Of a stretch of 64,000 nt of DNA, positions 26,954 to 41,900 are shown in pieces (position 1 is the first letter of the stretch; every line of letters starts with the position of its first letter). The DNA is from Lytechinus pictus (taxonomy: Eukaryota). Below the pieces are notes generated by a model that worked only from the letters and a program-made list of their open reading frames with translations, was not told the DNA's origin and ran no database searches. The DNA is taken from NCBI RefSeq assembly GCF_037042905.1, contig NC_087247.1, forward strand, positions 60,822,001 to 60,886,000. The letters are read 5' to 3'. Both the position numbers and the translations under genes were made by a program.

Positions 26954-29900
26954 TGAACAGTTAATCTCTTTAAAGCAAGACACACAATACAGATTTGATA
27001 TAATGTATTATGAACAAAGATAAATGTACTATTATAAGAATAAGGTAAGCAAAAAGTTTTTTTGGGGGGGGGAGGCAGGTGGTTTAGTTATTTTTTGTCC
27101 ATCAAATCCTGGGAGAGTTGTACGTCAGTGACATGACAAATCTTTTTTACTTTGCCAAATGGGAGGGTCTCCAATGCATTAGCATTCTCAATGTTAAATG
27201 GTAAATCATATGCTCTCATAATAATACTATTATTATAATGTACTTTCTTCTGTCCAATTTTTTTAACTTCCATTAATCTTATTCCTTGAATTTTCTGTTT
27301 CTACACAAGGTAAATTGTTCAAAGAGCTTCATTGTCCTATAATGCCATATCTAATTTCCTATTCTAAAAAAAAATGAAGAACACAGAGTGCATCTTGAAA
27401 AACATCAAGATACAAAACCAAACCAAAGCAATTCAACAAAATAACTGGGCATACTACTGTTGTCTGCAATGTTATCTAAAAAAATTGAATATGTAGGAAA
27501 TATATATTATAAATTGATTAATCCAGACATGACTGGAAAATTTTATTTCTGGTCACTAAACAAAGCAAAAAGTCATACCATTTTATGTTTTTTAACTTAC
27601 AAAATGTCTTATACTATTTTACATTTTTCTTTTATTTCTCATATCACATGTGATTCCTTGCAATTAGTGATGCATTTTTTCAAAATTCATTACTAAATGA
27701 AAGTTTTCTTTTCAATGTTGGGAGAATGCACACAATTAACCTCATTCTTATTTAAAGCATTATTTTTAGCACAGTATTTGACAACCAAGACCTAGATATC
27801 AATTAAATGTTTCTGTGGAAGCAAATATAAATAGTGCAATGAAGCTCAATGAAAAACAAGAGATGCTATTTAGCAATGTCACAATTGAAGAAACCATTAA
27901 AGGTATTTATGTGATTATATGTAACAGGCCCTGGGATGAAAAAAAAACTTCTGAAAGAATGCATTGGGCATTATCTCAGATCTGATTGTTTAGACTGCCT
28001 CTGAATTCAAACAAGTTTGCACTTAGGCTCAGCCATTCATTGTTTGCTGTGTTATGTAACATATATTATTACCATCTATCTGCTGTGATTTAGGTTCATG
28101 TAAGTAATCTATCTGGTGGCTGGTACAGAGATGGTCATAAAAATGTGCTTAATTCTTCTTTTAAAGGAAATATAAACCAAAGGTTCAAAAGAAGGTTCAT
28201 GTAAGTAATCTATCTGGTGGCTGGTACAGAGATGGTCATAAAAATGTGCTTAATTCTTCTTTTAAAGGAAATATAAACCAAAAGTTCAAAAGATGGTTCA
28301 TGTAAGTAATCTATCTGGTGGCTGGTACAGAGATGGTCATAAAAATGTGCTTAATTCTTCTTTTAAAGGAAATATAAACCAAAAGTTCAAAAGATGGTTC
28401 ATGTAAGTTACCTTTCTGGTGGCTGGTACAGAGAAGGTATTAAAAATGTGCTTAGTTCTTTTTTGAAAAAAAATATAAACCAAAAGTTCCAAGGATGCAA
28501 AGATAGCCTATGGAGGTTTATAGTTACATTTATATAGCGCTTCATACTTTGCATATCTAAGTGCTTTACAAGTCTTATAAATAGCCCAGTCATCGCATCC
28601 TGGCATGCCCACACACAATGTATGAAGTATACCAAAAATAGACCTATGCATTTCATAATTTGCTATACCTATTATATAAAAAAAGATTGATAGTGACAGT
28701 ACTATTGATAATATCCACATATTTTAGGAGTCAAATATCCAATCCAAGAGAGAATCATTTACTGTGCATCCATGGGCAGAGTGTGTGCACAATTACATTA
28801 TAAAACAATAGAAATCAGGATGATGACAGTCTTGTGTTTTCAGCTTGTCAATTACTCCGATTGAAAATCTGCATATAGCACAAATACAAAAAAACCAAGC
28901 ACTATCTATAACTATCAATAACCAGACATTTTGGCTATGTTGTAGAGTGCCCGCCTCATGAATGGAAGGTCATGGTTTAATTCAAGGCTGAATCATCTCA
29001 AAAACTTTTAAAAATGTGCCTTCCTGCCAGGCACTTAGTATTTTTTAAACTACAACACTACACTACAAATCACACGCATCCGAGAATAAATCGACAATGG
29101 TACGCCAGGCTAAACGATCTAACATGAAAAAGAATAAGAATGGCAATAGAAACATATTGATGTTGTGAAGGGCAAGCTTGAAGGTCAGCATTTTGCTAGA
29201 GTGACTATCTTGGTTAATTAAGAACTAGTGTTACTATCTTTCAATTCTACAACCCCTATTCCATATCCTTGCATAATTTTGAGCCAAATTCCCCAATTAC
29301 AACCCTAATCCTAACCCAACATCTACATTGATAGATTGCCATAGTAAGCATCTGGGGAGTGTTTCATGAAAAGCCATGTCAGTGATTTTCATTAAAAGAT
29401 GTTATAAGCTACTGGAAATTCTTGCATCTGATTGGATGAGATCATATTAGTCAGTGAAAATCATTGATAAGAATGCTCCCCAGGTGAGTAATACATACCT
29501 GCTGGGCAAGGTCCACATGATCTTGATCCATCAGTGTTTGTACATGTTACCAACTGAGAGCATCCACCGTTATTAGTAAGGCATTCATTGATATCTGTAC
29601 ACTGGTGACCATTACCATCATAACCTAAACAAAACAAAGAGAAATTCATGTATAATTATTGCCATAGGGGACAACATTTCATCATAAATAATCAGAAGCA
29701 ATGTAAGCATTATCAACAAAATCATAACTAAAAGGCATACTGACCATCTCTGATGTTGTATTGAAAAAAATACAATGTTTTGAGTTTATACCTGAAGGGC
29801 AGTTTCCACAGTAGTAAGTTCCATCCACATTGGTACAGCTGACTCGAGGGTTGGAAGAACAAGGATATTTAGCTGCCGAACACTCATCAATATCAGCGCT

Positions 29901-32900
29901 ACAAGCTGGATTAGATGCACTGACCTTATCCCAGCCATCTGAACATATACAGTCAAAGCGAGCCTATAAAGAAATACAGAGTGCTTGAAATCATTACGCA
30001 GTTTATTCTGTATTTTATATGAAATCAGCTAAGGAATTCTTAGTAAAACTCATCATTAATCACTATTGTTTCTAAGGAATGCTAAAATATTTCTTTCCTC
30101 CCTTTTCTTCTGTTTCTTCATTTTTTAGTCTCTACTGCTGACTTCTCCTACTCACACATAATTCTACCAAGAACATTTCTCTTTTAAACTACTCCACAGT
30201 TCATGTCAATTCCATTGAGACAAAAAGCAATAAATGTTAAGCATAACTGTATAGACAATGGAAATTCAAACACATACTACGCCTGTCTGTATTCTTGGGA
30301 GGTTGACACAATATCCATGATCACAGACATTAGCTACAGTATTAGAAGCACAGTCATCATACTGCATAGTACAAAGAGATCCATAGAAGTCTGCAGTACA
30401 GTCACATCTGAAAATATCATAATGCAATAAAGATAGAATGTGCAGGCTGTGAAATACATGTATTAGATGTATTTAGGATTATTATATTGCTCATTTTCCT
30501 TACGTCCAACTCCAAACTGAATGAAACAATACATTCACTGAAGTCCTACATATATCCACCCATATTCTGTTCACTATCTTGTTTCCTGAACCGATACAGT
30601 GAGAACCTCTCCAGCACGATTAAAGCTAAGCAATCCTACATGATCCTCTGGACCATCCCAGAGGACTACCGGTACCTCACAATTGTGGATTGCTTTGCTT
30701 CATCTTAAACTGGTCCATAAATGATTGTTAACAAAACTTATTCCAATAAGAGATCATCATCCAGAGGTAGTAAGGTGTTCTACAGGAGATTTGATTCTAT
30801 TGAAATTGGCTATGAACAGGGTCCAACATGTCGTTACAGATGTGTTCATGTAGAGTATGAGTTTACATTAGTGGCTGATAATTTCAATAATTAGTCTGCA
30901 AAATACTACATCCTATAAACCTGACACCATATACAACAATAAACTTAATTTTGAAAAGTTACACTACCCCATCCTCCCAATAAAAATTATATCAAAGGAC
31001 AAGTCCACCACAACAAAAAGTTGATTTGAATAAAAAGAGAAAAACCCAACAAGCATAGCACTGAAAATTTCATCAAAATTGGATGTAAAATGAGAAAGTT
31101 ATGACATTTTAAAGTTTCGCTTAATTTCACAAAACAGTTATTTGCACATCCTGGTCGGTATGCAAATGAGGAGACTGATGACGTCATCCACTCACTATTT
31201 CTTTTGTATTTCATTATATGAAATATGAAATATTCTTATTTTCCACTCATTGTCAAGTGAAACGATTAATTCCTCACTGAACATGTGGAATTAGCATTGT
31301 TTAATACTATATATGGTTCAGTCAAGTTGGTCCTTGTCAAATCTGAAAAAAATGAAATATTGTATAATTCAAACAATAAAATCAAAAGAAATAGTGAGTG
31401 ATGGAAATCATCGACTGACTCATCTGAATGTCGCTGAAATGTGCATATCACTGTTTTGTGAAAAATAAGGGAAACTTTAAAATGCCATAACTTTCTTATT
31501 CTACATCCGATTTTCATGACATTTTCAGCGTTCTGCTAGTTTGATTTTCTCTATTTATTCAAATCAACATTTTTCTGGGGTGGATTTGACCTTTAAGAAT
31601 AAATATCTGAATAAATGAAATAAAACATAATTAGATAAACAAATTTTAAAAAATTATAATAGTAACTAATTTAAACAAAATATGAAAAACAATAATACTT
31701 ACGATATAATAAATGAATAAAATAGTGTTGTATCCATGAGTTTCACACTAGTTTGCTCTTACCTATATCCACCTTGTGTGTTCACACATGAGCCTCCATT
31801 CTGACAATCATTGACAGTTCCAACAATAACACTGCATTCATTGAAATCTTGTTCACACAAATTACCCTGTTGGAATAGAATAGTTCAATAAAAGCAATTG
31901 TAGGGCTTCAATAGGTACATGTAATAATACTGGTTGAATAGCTGAAATTATGTCATTTATCAAATTTGCAAAACCATCCATCAATTGATTTTGGGTTCCG
32001 ACTACAAAGATAACTGATTGTTTGTGGAAATTGCTTCTAAATGTAAAATGTCCCTGAATTATCCTTTTGTTGAATTGACCATTTATTTCTAGAAGGGGAG
32101 GGTGCCGTTTAATTTGTATTGATTTGTTGAATTTTCTTCTTGATTACAGCAATTTGAGAGAAAAAGAGACTATAATCAGTTTTGATAAAAATAAATTGTC
32201 ATAAATTATCATAGATCAATTAACAGGCTTCCCCCATCTTTACCTACATATGATATGATACATAATTAACACTATGATGATATAATAAAACCATGTCATA
32301 AACATCCTATTGAATATATCCAAACATGTGATGCATTGCACCTTTTTCCCCACTCCATGATTTAAAAACTGCAAAAAAAAATACTTTAAGGATAGATACT
32401 GAAAATGTATATGTAAAAAAATGCTAGACTAGTAAAGACAAATCATGTTCATTCATAGGTAATATATAAGTAGGTAATGGCCACATAGTAAAAAGAAAGA
32501 GTGCTGCAGTATTGTTTTTTCAATCAGGGTCACGACAGAGGTGAATGATAAATTCAACAATAGAGATAAGAAATGTGACAGAAGGTACACCTTTGATTCA
32601 GGCACATTCACATCAAGACAAGATACTTTCAATTGAAGATCATATCTTGATTCTACAATGTATAGGCCTAATATTGAATAAAAATATGAAAAAAAGAAGG
32701 CACCAATGTGTACAGAAAGTACACATTTCATTCAGGCACATTCACATTCACATCAAGACAAGATACTTTCAATTGAAGATCATATCTTGATTCTACAAAG
32801 TATAGGCCTCATATGCTAAAAAAAAAGAAGGCATCAATGATATGTGATATCAGGAATAAACCAACTGTAATAGGTGTAAAGTAAAAGAGAACTTGATGAA

Positions 32901-35900
32901 ACATCATTGTAAAACGTGTACTGCATCAATTACAGGTAATTAATATTACAATACATAACTTATCATTTCTGGGGAGACAAACTAATTTACCGGATGCACA
33001 TAATAAAGTCAAACTTGTGTAAAATACAAGTAGTCAAATAACTTATGAAATTCAGACATTTATGGGGTTATTTTAAATGGAAAAAGTTCAGTAGTAGTAG
33101 TCAGTGAACATGTAAGTGGAGTCACATTTCATAGGTTGCCTGTATGTACACTGTATGTGCTCCAAGGAGATTTTCAGTCCATCCTCTCTTCACAAATAGA
33201 TCAGTCTTTTCGTGTGAATACATTAATGCCTATGTTTACATCCTTCAAGAGAATCCTTTCATGTGTGTTTAGAGAATTGAAGGAACCTGAGCTGTGAATA
33301 TTTATGAGGATAAACTAGCTTGACAAGAACACATTCTAGAATGAACAGAACTGATCATCAAGCGTACTGTGTATTCAAATGAAACAAGTGGTCCTCTATT
33401 AAATATAGCCTACATACTGAAAGTTGGCATTGCAAACTAAAACATTTTTTTGCAGCACCTATATCTCACTTTTGATATGCAGGTAAGACAAAAACTGTTT
33501 TGTGAAAAGAATAAACAAAATTTCTAAGTGTCATTAATTGATTCTCATTTTACAACCAATATCAATTAAATTTTCTCTATTAATATGACTTGAAAAAAAA
33601 TCTCTTTTTTTTGTTGGGATGGGCTACACCTTTACAGTAAGTACAAAATTTCATCTGAACAGGTAATTGGCAATGTTATTCCATATAATCAAACATTTTT
33701 TAAGGCCATGGGCAAATATAAGTTTTCAAACATTTCTTTAATATCTTGGTTAAGTAAAATCAAGGAAATCAAACATTTAAACAAAATTAAATGCCCTTTC
33801 AAACACCATGTTATTTAATTTTGGTTGAAGCTATTCATGGAACTTATTCTTCTTATGTAAATCACAAAATGCCTATTGCCTACATGTAGTGGGGTTGTTG
33901 CAAAGTGATTCTAACTCTACAATATCAGACAAAGTCATCAAAGACCACTTCATGATTGGGTAAACATTTAGTTTTCTTGCATTAGATGTATTCAAATAAA
34001 GGTCTTATGCAATAAGCATCTGACGCAGCAATTTATATAAATTTCATAATTATTTTAACAAACTTTACTTCATTGTGAATACGTAATGAATGTGATGTTT
34101 GTATATTTTACAAAAGTCCTGATAATCTTGGTTTTATTCTTTTATTGACTGATAGGATTCAGGGATCTTTTGGTCATTTGCCTATGAGGGATTGTTAATA
34201 GGTAGTTAGCAAACAGACTAGCATGACACTGATAAGTGTTTTTTTTTATCTGGGTGTCAATATACAGATACATGTAGGTAATAAATTTGATATCATGGAT
34301 TAATTACAACATTGATTCTTGATTGATACTGCCTTCTACCATCCACAAATGGATCCAGCCAAAAAATAGCATAGACAAATTGTAAGATAGACTTATGATG
34401 CAATGGCCGCTTGTGCGTTGAAGTGTGCAGGGATATGTATCATGATAATGAAGGATTTTACAATGACGTTGCGTGTGTGGGACAAATTCTAAAGTGAAAC
34501 AGACAATACAAGTTTCATAATAAAATCCTGCTTTAAAATATGGTTTTTAGGTAGTAGGTGCTGTAGATCGACTACAAATGTTGTTTGATGGTGCATCATT
34601 TTTCATCATCTCAATAAGAAAAAATAAATAATATAAGATTGGTTGACATTCAAAGCCCTAAACTCTCGCTAAGAACAGTGCAGGCCATTTGATTTTTGTT
34701 CTTTGCAAATATTATCCCAATGAATGAGGAAATATAACTTTTGAATGTCTATGGGCATTCTTTCAGCACCAATGTTATTACTATGAAGAAACCACTTATT
34801 ACATGTACATGTGTGATTACACCATTTATCTACACAGAATCTGATGTCAAAAGATGTAAGTTTCCAGTCCTAAACCTTGGAAATCTTTTATTTTAAAAGC
34901 ACCTCTTTAATTCATTAACTATTAGATGTGACTGACTAATAATAACGAGCATTAAAAATATGTTGATACTCCCTCAATTAACTTTTTCCCCCATATCTAA
35001 AAGTAACTATCACGGTTGATGTAAGAGAGATACAATTCAAGTATAACCGAAATTATGTAGCACTGTCTGGTGGGTAATTGACTGATCAAATAAAGAAGGC
35101 CTAGTTGGTTACATGAATTTAATGAGAATTAGATATACAGAGCAAACAATCCACTTGTAGTTTTTAAAAAAAATGTACCAGACATAATGAACATGAATGT
35201 ATCACCAAGTTTACCTACACAAAATGTGAAGTATACGCAGACAGATCAATTATTATCATGTATCATTTTTCACATAATCCACCATTCTAGTCCAAGGTGA
35301 ATAATTAGGGAGGTGCTTGAACAAATATCCCCATGGCTGCATCAAACTCTTATTATCTTTTTACAGAGAAACAAACAGATAAAGAATTGTTATATCAGGG
35401 ATAGAGAGACAATGCCCCAATGAAGTAAAACCATTTGAATGTGCTATATCACTGAAACATGTCATAAAGTCAGTATAAATTTGAAAAAAGTTTGTGTAGC
35501 TTCCCAAATCATGTTTTAACCTTAACTGGATCTGGCTTTTTGGGTGTTATATGACAGTCCCCCCCCCCCCCCCTTGAGATCTCTGCAGCCGATCGCACGA
35601 ACGCCGTGAAAATTGGCATGATAATAGTGTGGGATGTAATCTACAAGGCTATATGGTTAAATTTTCCAAAATCAGATTTTTTTCATATGAATTAATTATG
35701 CTGATTTATGCGTAAATCATACTTTTTGCTCTAATTCACTACAAAAAGCACTTAGAATATATAATAATAATATGTCCATTTATATAGCGCAGTTACTATG
35801 TGCATATACGCAAGTGCGCTTTTGATACTTGGTATCATATTATTACCCCGGTTGTAGCTGAGCCGCCTTATTAATAGGCGCTATAGCGTTCAAGGAATAA

Positions 35901-38900
35901 ATCCTTCCGGGTACCCATTCACCTCACCTGGGTTGAGTGCAGCACAATGTGGATAAATTTCTTGCCGAAGGAAATTACGCCATGGCTGGGATTTGAACCC
36001 ACGACCCTCTGTTTCAAAGTCCGGAGACTAATCCACTGGGCCACAACGCTCCACATGATAATTTTTTGTGTAAATATTCTTTGCACCATTGCTAAAAATT
36101 GCTATTGAAAATAATCCTGGTTTGAAATTGAATTTCTTTTGTATTTTATTGTTTTATGAATTCATGTATTTCTTTGTTTTTTTTACCCTTTGTTTTTCTT
36201 TGTCCTTTTACCAAATTTATTGCAGAGCCTTTTGAAGCATTATTATGCTAAAATCAATTAACTCCAGGTGATAAAAATAATATCTTTATGAATAAGATGA
36301 GAAAACTCAATTTACATTGACTTCATACACAAAATAACATTTTAGGGCAATTATGGGTCTGACATGCACTTACGTAATTTTCGAATCCCATACCCAGGCA
36401 TCGTAAATTTGGTCTCAAAAGATGCGCAAGACTTCAAAGAAAAAGTCAGGTGCAGTTGAAAAATTTCGCACATCGGAATGGTCGCAAAAAATGGCAGTTT
36501 GCGAGTTAATAAATTAAAAAAACTTAACAGATTTATGATGCATGCACATACAACTAAATTGCCTCAACTACAAATGATTAGTGAGTGAAAAAAAAAAAAA
36601 AATTTCAGTCTGGCATAATAAAAATTGGTATTCAAAGTGACAAAGAAATCAATTAGCTGAAGCTTCACTAAGACTTTTACCTTAGCCTGACTTGCAGAAA
36701 TTTGGAAAGAATAGGAGAATTGTATTTATTGAAATGTACACATACATGTATGTTCATGTATACATGGTGTAAATGTAAAGCTGAGGATTTGCTCTTTCAT
36801 ATTCTGGTGACTTTGAAAGGTAATATCAGAATAATAGCCCTATTTAATAACTTGGATTATCTTTTTTTTTAATCCATATCCAGTAAATATTAAGAAAGGA
36901 AAAGTAATGGCAAAAATAATCAATTTTGATTGCTTGCCAAAAAATAAATTCATAAAGAAGAGAAAGAAAAATGCTAAATTCTAAAACAGACTGGTTGAAG
37001 TCTGTGTCAATCATTTAGAAGTACAAAACCTATAGGTCATTAGACTGCCTTGAGGCATTGACTAGTATGTTGAATGTCAATATCTGTTTATCTTTACAAC
37101 ACTTAATGTAAAGTGTAACTAAACACCTCAAGCGAGTTGTCAGAAGCCTTGAATAAAGTGGGCCAGAGATGTACAATTACCAACAATGTCAGATCAAAAT
37201 TTGTTCCTTCTCATATACCCCAAAATATTCTCCATGATTCTGAGATATTCCAATGTTCATAGCAATGGACAAAGATAAGTCAATATGGCACAATGTGTAT
37301 AGGAATATAGGCCTATACAGCAATTAATTAGTCTGGCTGCATAAAACAGGGAGCAATCAGTAAAATTAGCACATGTCTCTGATTTTCTCTCTTTTCAGAG
37401 GGGGGGGGGGGGGGGAGGGCTGGGGAGCATTTGAATTTAAAATGAGGTGTAAGTGATTTTCAACAGCTGTCATTAGCTATATCCTTGCATCTTTATATTG
37501 GCCGAGGTACAAAAATAATGAAAAGTAATGAAAAGGTGCATTGCCGGTAAGTATTTAAACATCAACTTACCTGCCATGCAGATGTACACAGGCACATGAA
37601 CTTGTCATACATATCGATACACGTACCACCATTTCTGCATGGATTGCTTGAGCATTCATTGACGGTTAAAATCTGTGAAACACAAGATATCATTAATACT
37701 AAATAGGTTCATTATTGTGGACTGAAATAATTGCTAGAGGGTATTCATTTGTCTCGCAATCTACTATGGTCAACAAGGAAATTCGTGATCACTCTCGCAA
37801 GATATCATTTTAGAAAAAAATAATATTCGCAGGATGTCATGGAAACAAGCGGAGGGTATCAGCTAAAAGAAAGAGGCCATTTCAAAACTTGATATAATAG
37901 TGTGTCTTGATGTAATAGAAAAGAGTTGACCGTGTAAGTAGTAGAACTATACCACTGTATTTAAAAAAATACAGTTTAATCAATTACATGTACCTATGCA
38001 CCATGCACTCTTTTCACTTGTACATATGCATACACCGAATTAGATGTGTAAAAATAATTCTTAACCTTTAACAAGACTGTTTCCAGATAAGATAACATTT
38101 GAGGGAAATGTAATTAATACTTACATTGTAATTTTCTTCCAAATCTGATACCTAAGAGGTGAAATAATGAAAATAAAGTTGAAGTTTAGAAAAAGATATA
38201 AAAAAAGGACAATGGCAACATACATGGAAATATTATAATTCTTTTTTTAACATATGAATAAAGTAGATATACAGTACTGGGTATATGTATACAGTGCATT
38301 TCAGAAAAAAGGTAATCCAAATCTAGAGGGCCGATATTCGGATCATATTTAATTTGGTGAAATTATTCTGCATGGATATAAAAGAGAAACCCCGTCAGCT
38401 TTTCATTGATACCCTATTTGTACCATTTGCGCCATGCATGACCGAACTAATTGATGTTGAAGACAACAGGTGCAGGTACCACTTTTTCCAAGTTATGGCT
38501 TAGTGGGTAAAATGTGTGCTTGATAGAATAAAATGCAAAAAAGTATTTTTTGGAAAGAAAAGTCAAGGCATTCCTTTGAAATGATGATTGAAAGGTTAAT
38601 GTCTTATTCACCCACACCTTCATCATGTCTGCTTCTCCTTTGCACACAAAACCAGTAGCGTGGAGGAATTAAGGATAACTTGGACAGATCGTCTTACCAT
38701 TGCCAGATCATTGCAAAAAAGCATCCACCTCATGTTGAATTTGGCCCTGCAAATCATCAAGATCTTGAGAAGGAATTACAAATGCCTTATTTAAAGTGTC
38801 TCCAAAGGAAATAATCACAGGGCGCAAGGTCAGGGGATCTTGGTGGCCATTCTTCTTCATGGTTGAGAGCAACAACTTGATGTCCAGAGAGTTCTTTGAG

Positions 38901-41900
38901 TCTATCTCGAATGATGTTGGATCTAAGGACAGGAGTGCTAGTCTTGCCTCTCAAAATGTTGGTCCAACGACTGTGGTACGATCTCCTCGTTAATCATTTG
39001 CAAGCACATTTACCCACTTACTCTCCTTAGGAAATAAAAAGGTCCAATCAAGATTTTTTGCCAGCTCAGGCATCGATGAAAGTATTCACATCGTCATCTG
39101 CCCTTTCATCAAGTTTTCGAAAACTTGGAAAAAGTGGTATCTGCACCTGTTGTCTTTAACATCACTTAATTCGCTTATGCGTGGCACAAATGGTACAAAT
39201 GGGATATCAATGGAAAGCAGATGAGTTTCTCTTTCACATATTCAAGCAGAATAATTTCACAAAATTAAATGTAATTCGAATACCAACCCACCAGATTTGG
39301 ATTACCTTTTTTCTGAAACACACTGTATAGTACAAAAAAAAACATATGAATAAAATATGCATACGATTATCAAAAGAATTATCATGCTGACTCAACCCAA
39401 GACGACGCAATTTTCTAATGTCCGTGCAATTAAGCTGAACATGTATGGAGTGCATGCAGTGGCAGAATTCTACTTATTTTGTAACATAGGAAGCGCATCT
39501 AACATAGACACATGATAGTACTTCCAGGTGAAGATCACATCCTGCATAATGCTTGTATCCTCATCTACACTTCAACAAGGCAAAGCGGTTTCGAAAAACA
39601 CATTGCAAGGTGGATTTCCAAACTGATATCTAAGACCATTTCTGAAACAAATTCAAGATTTCTGACTCCACTAAACTGGTTTAAGTAAGTAGATAAGTAC
39701 AGGGTCTTGTATAATGCAAAATGATAATGGCCATCACATTTTGCATGTTTATGGGCTTATATTTTTACCTATGAGCTGTATTTATATGTATTTAGAGGCA
39801 AAACCTACAGTTTTCATTCTGTAAACTAAACTTTATGAAAATAACTTTGAGTAGATGCACAATGGTTGAAACAATTGACTATTTTGTTGGAATGTATAAG
39901 ATGTGTGAAGCTTTCAAACTGTGTTGAAGAATCAATTTGGTATAACTTACCCGCCTCTCAATGTCAGGGCTTGTCCCTCCTCCTCCACTACCATTCTCTA
40001 AATTGGTGACTCGTGTCACTAAATCTTGGTTTGAAGATCGTAATGATGTCACATCAGACTGCAATCCTTCTACATCAGCCTTACTTGTCATTGCCTGTAA
40101 AATGCATAATAATACAATAAACTATTTTAATGAAAAAAAAAATTGCTATTTTAAACAAATTATTCATTCTTGACCACAAAGAGGCTGGGAAAAATAAATC
40201 TGTGCACCATACTTATAAGAAATGTGTATAGAAATACAATCAGTAATAAGAACAGGAATAAAAATAGATAAAAAAGGTAAAAATAAAATTGAAATGAATG
40301 AAACATAATAACATAAAATAAATCAATTCATAAACATACATTTTGGGGTCTGTGTACAGTGTAGTATTATCCAAAGGCAACTCACTTTATTACAAAAAAA
40401 GAGCAAACTCTGAAATTAAAACTAGATGAAATTAATTCAAGTTGAATTGTGACCCTAGGGCTGTATAATCCACAACCTACAGACAGTGTATGGTTGTTTT
40501 TTCACTGCCATTTTGAATTCAAACAAGAGTTTAGTTACAAGTACTGAATGATAATATATCTCAAAAGTAATTGCCATGGTATCTTTTTCCCCAACCTGAC
40601 TATGGTAACAAAAGGTCAGGTACACGCCCACCTGTTTCACATTTTCTGGATTACAAAGATTTGCAGCTTGCAATGTGTTTGAGAATTGGATGTACTCTTG
40701 TACATGCCCAATTCTATTTTACATTTGACTGTACAATACATGTATGTAGGAACACTGAGGATATGAAAATGGTTACTTTTTCATTCAGATATATCCACAA
40801 TTAATAAACTGTACCCGGTACCATAAACATAAATCAATATAAATGCCACTTGAAAGGCATAACAGAAGAGTAAACAGAAGCAAGACCATAGCTGCTGAGA
40901 CAAACAAACTGAAAATTCTCATAAAAATCGGACAACAAATAAATAGTAAATTTTTGCATCATTTTGGTGAAACAATTCATGAACATGCAACAACAAACTG
41001 ATGATCATGCCAAACTCCCACTTATTCTTTTACATTTTATTGTATGAAACTATATTTATTCAAATTTTGCCCTCCAAAAATGAAAAAAAAATTGAATTAT
41101 GATTTAATGTGTGAGACAGTCTTTGCTACAACTAATTTTGTCATAAGGGAGGCATATAAGTACATGTATCATACAGATTAACAGAATATCAAATTATGAT
41201 TTCAAATAATAACATCAGAAAAAGGAGAGTGAGGATACATCACCAGCCTACCTAATGGATGTATATATAACAGTGTGCATTCAAGTAGTATTTTTACAAA
41301 ATACTAGTATTGCTAAATTTTAAAATTCATTGAATGTTATTTGTTATCAGTTTTGAAGATATTTTGTACCCTTTTTACACACGCTAAAATTTCCTTGTTA
41401 AAGCGTTAAGCTTTAATAGCCCACTTTCTTTTTACACAGCATTTTTGCAAAGTGGGCTAACCTCACCTTCGTACAGGATTATTTGGCCCTGCAAAAAAGC
41501 AGGGTTAGCCCAGCAATTGTGGTGCTAAGAGTGATACATGTAGTACGGGGTTAAGATCGCTAGTGTAACTATAAAGTCAAGGACGGTGCTGCCATTCATG
41601 CCTCGGCAACACGAGCCGGCCCTGTTGTCCAATCAGAGGTAAGCACTAATGAATATTCATGTACAGCGAACAGGTCGACAAGAAAAAGTGCGCGCCACAA
41701 GTCAGGGAGTTAGGATTCGTGTTAACTTTCCTCCTCGACACCCTCGACACCCACCACCCACATGTTATTAAACTAGTCTATTTTGAGGCAACATGTATTT
41801 AGTTTTCAAAATAGCGTCTACGGTTTAATACAATTAAAATTGAAATTAAAACTTTTATTATATTTATAAATCATAATAAGCAAAATGGCATTCATTTTTT

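Noticed and set aside
28093-28496. CRISPR-like regular spacing
   Set aside because: Whole units repeat with no unique spacers, and the context is a eukaryotic intron.
35980-36054. Possible tRNA gene
   Set aside because: It is the head of a SINE, followed by core and tail, and a second family copy is present.
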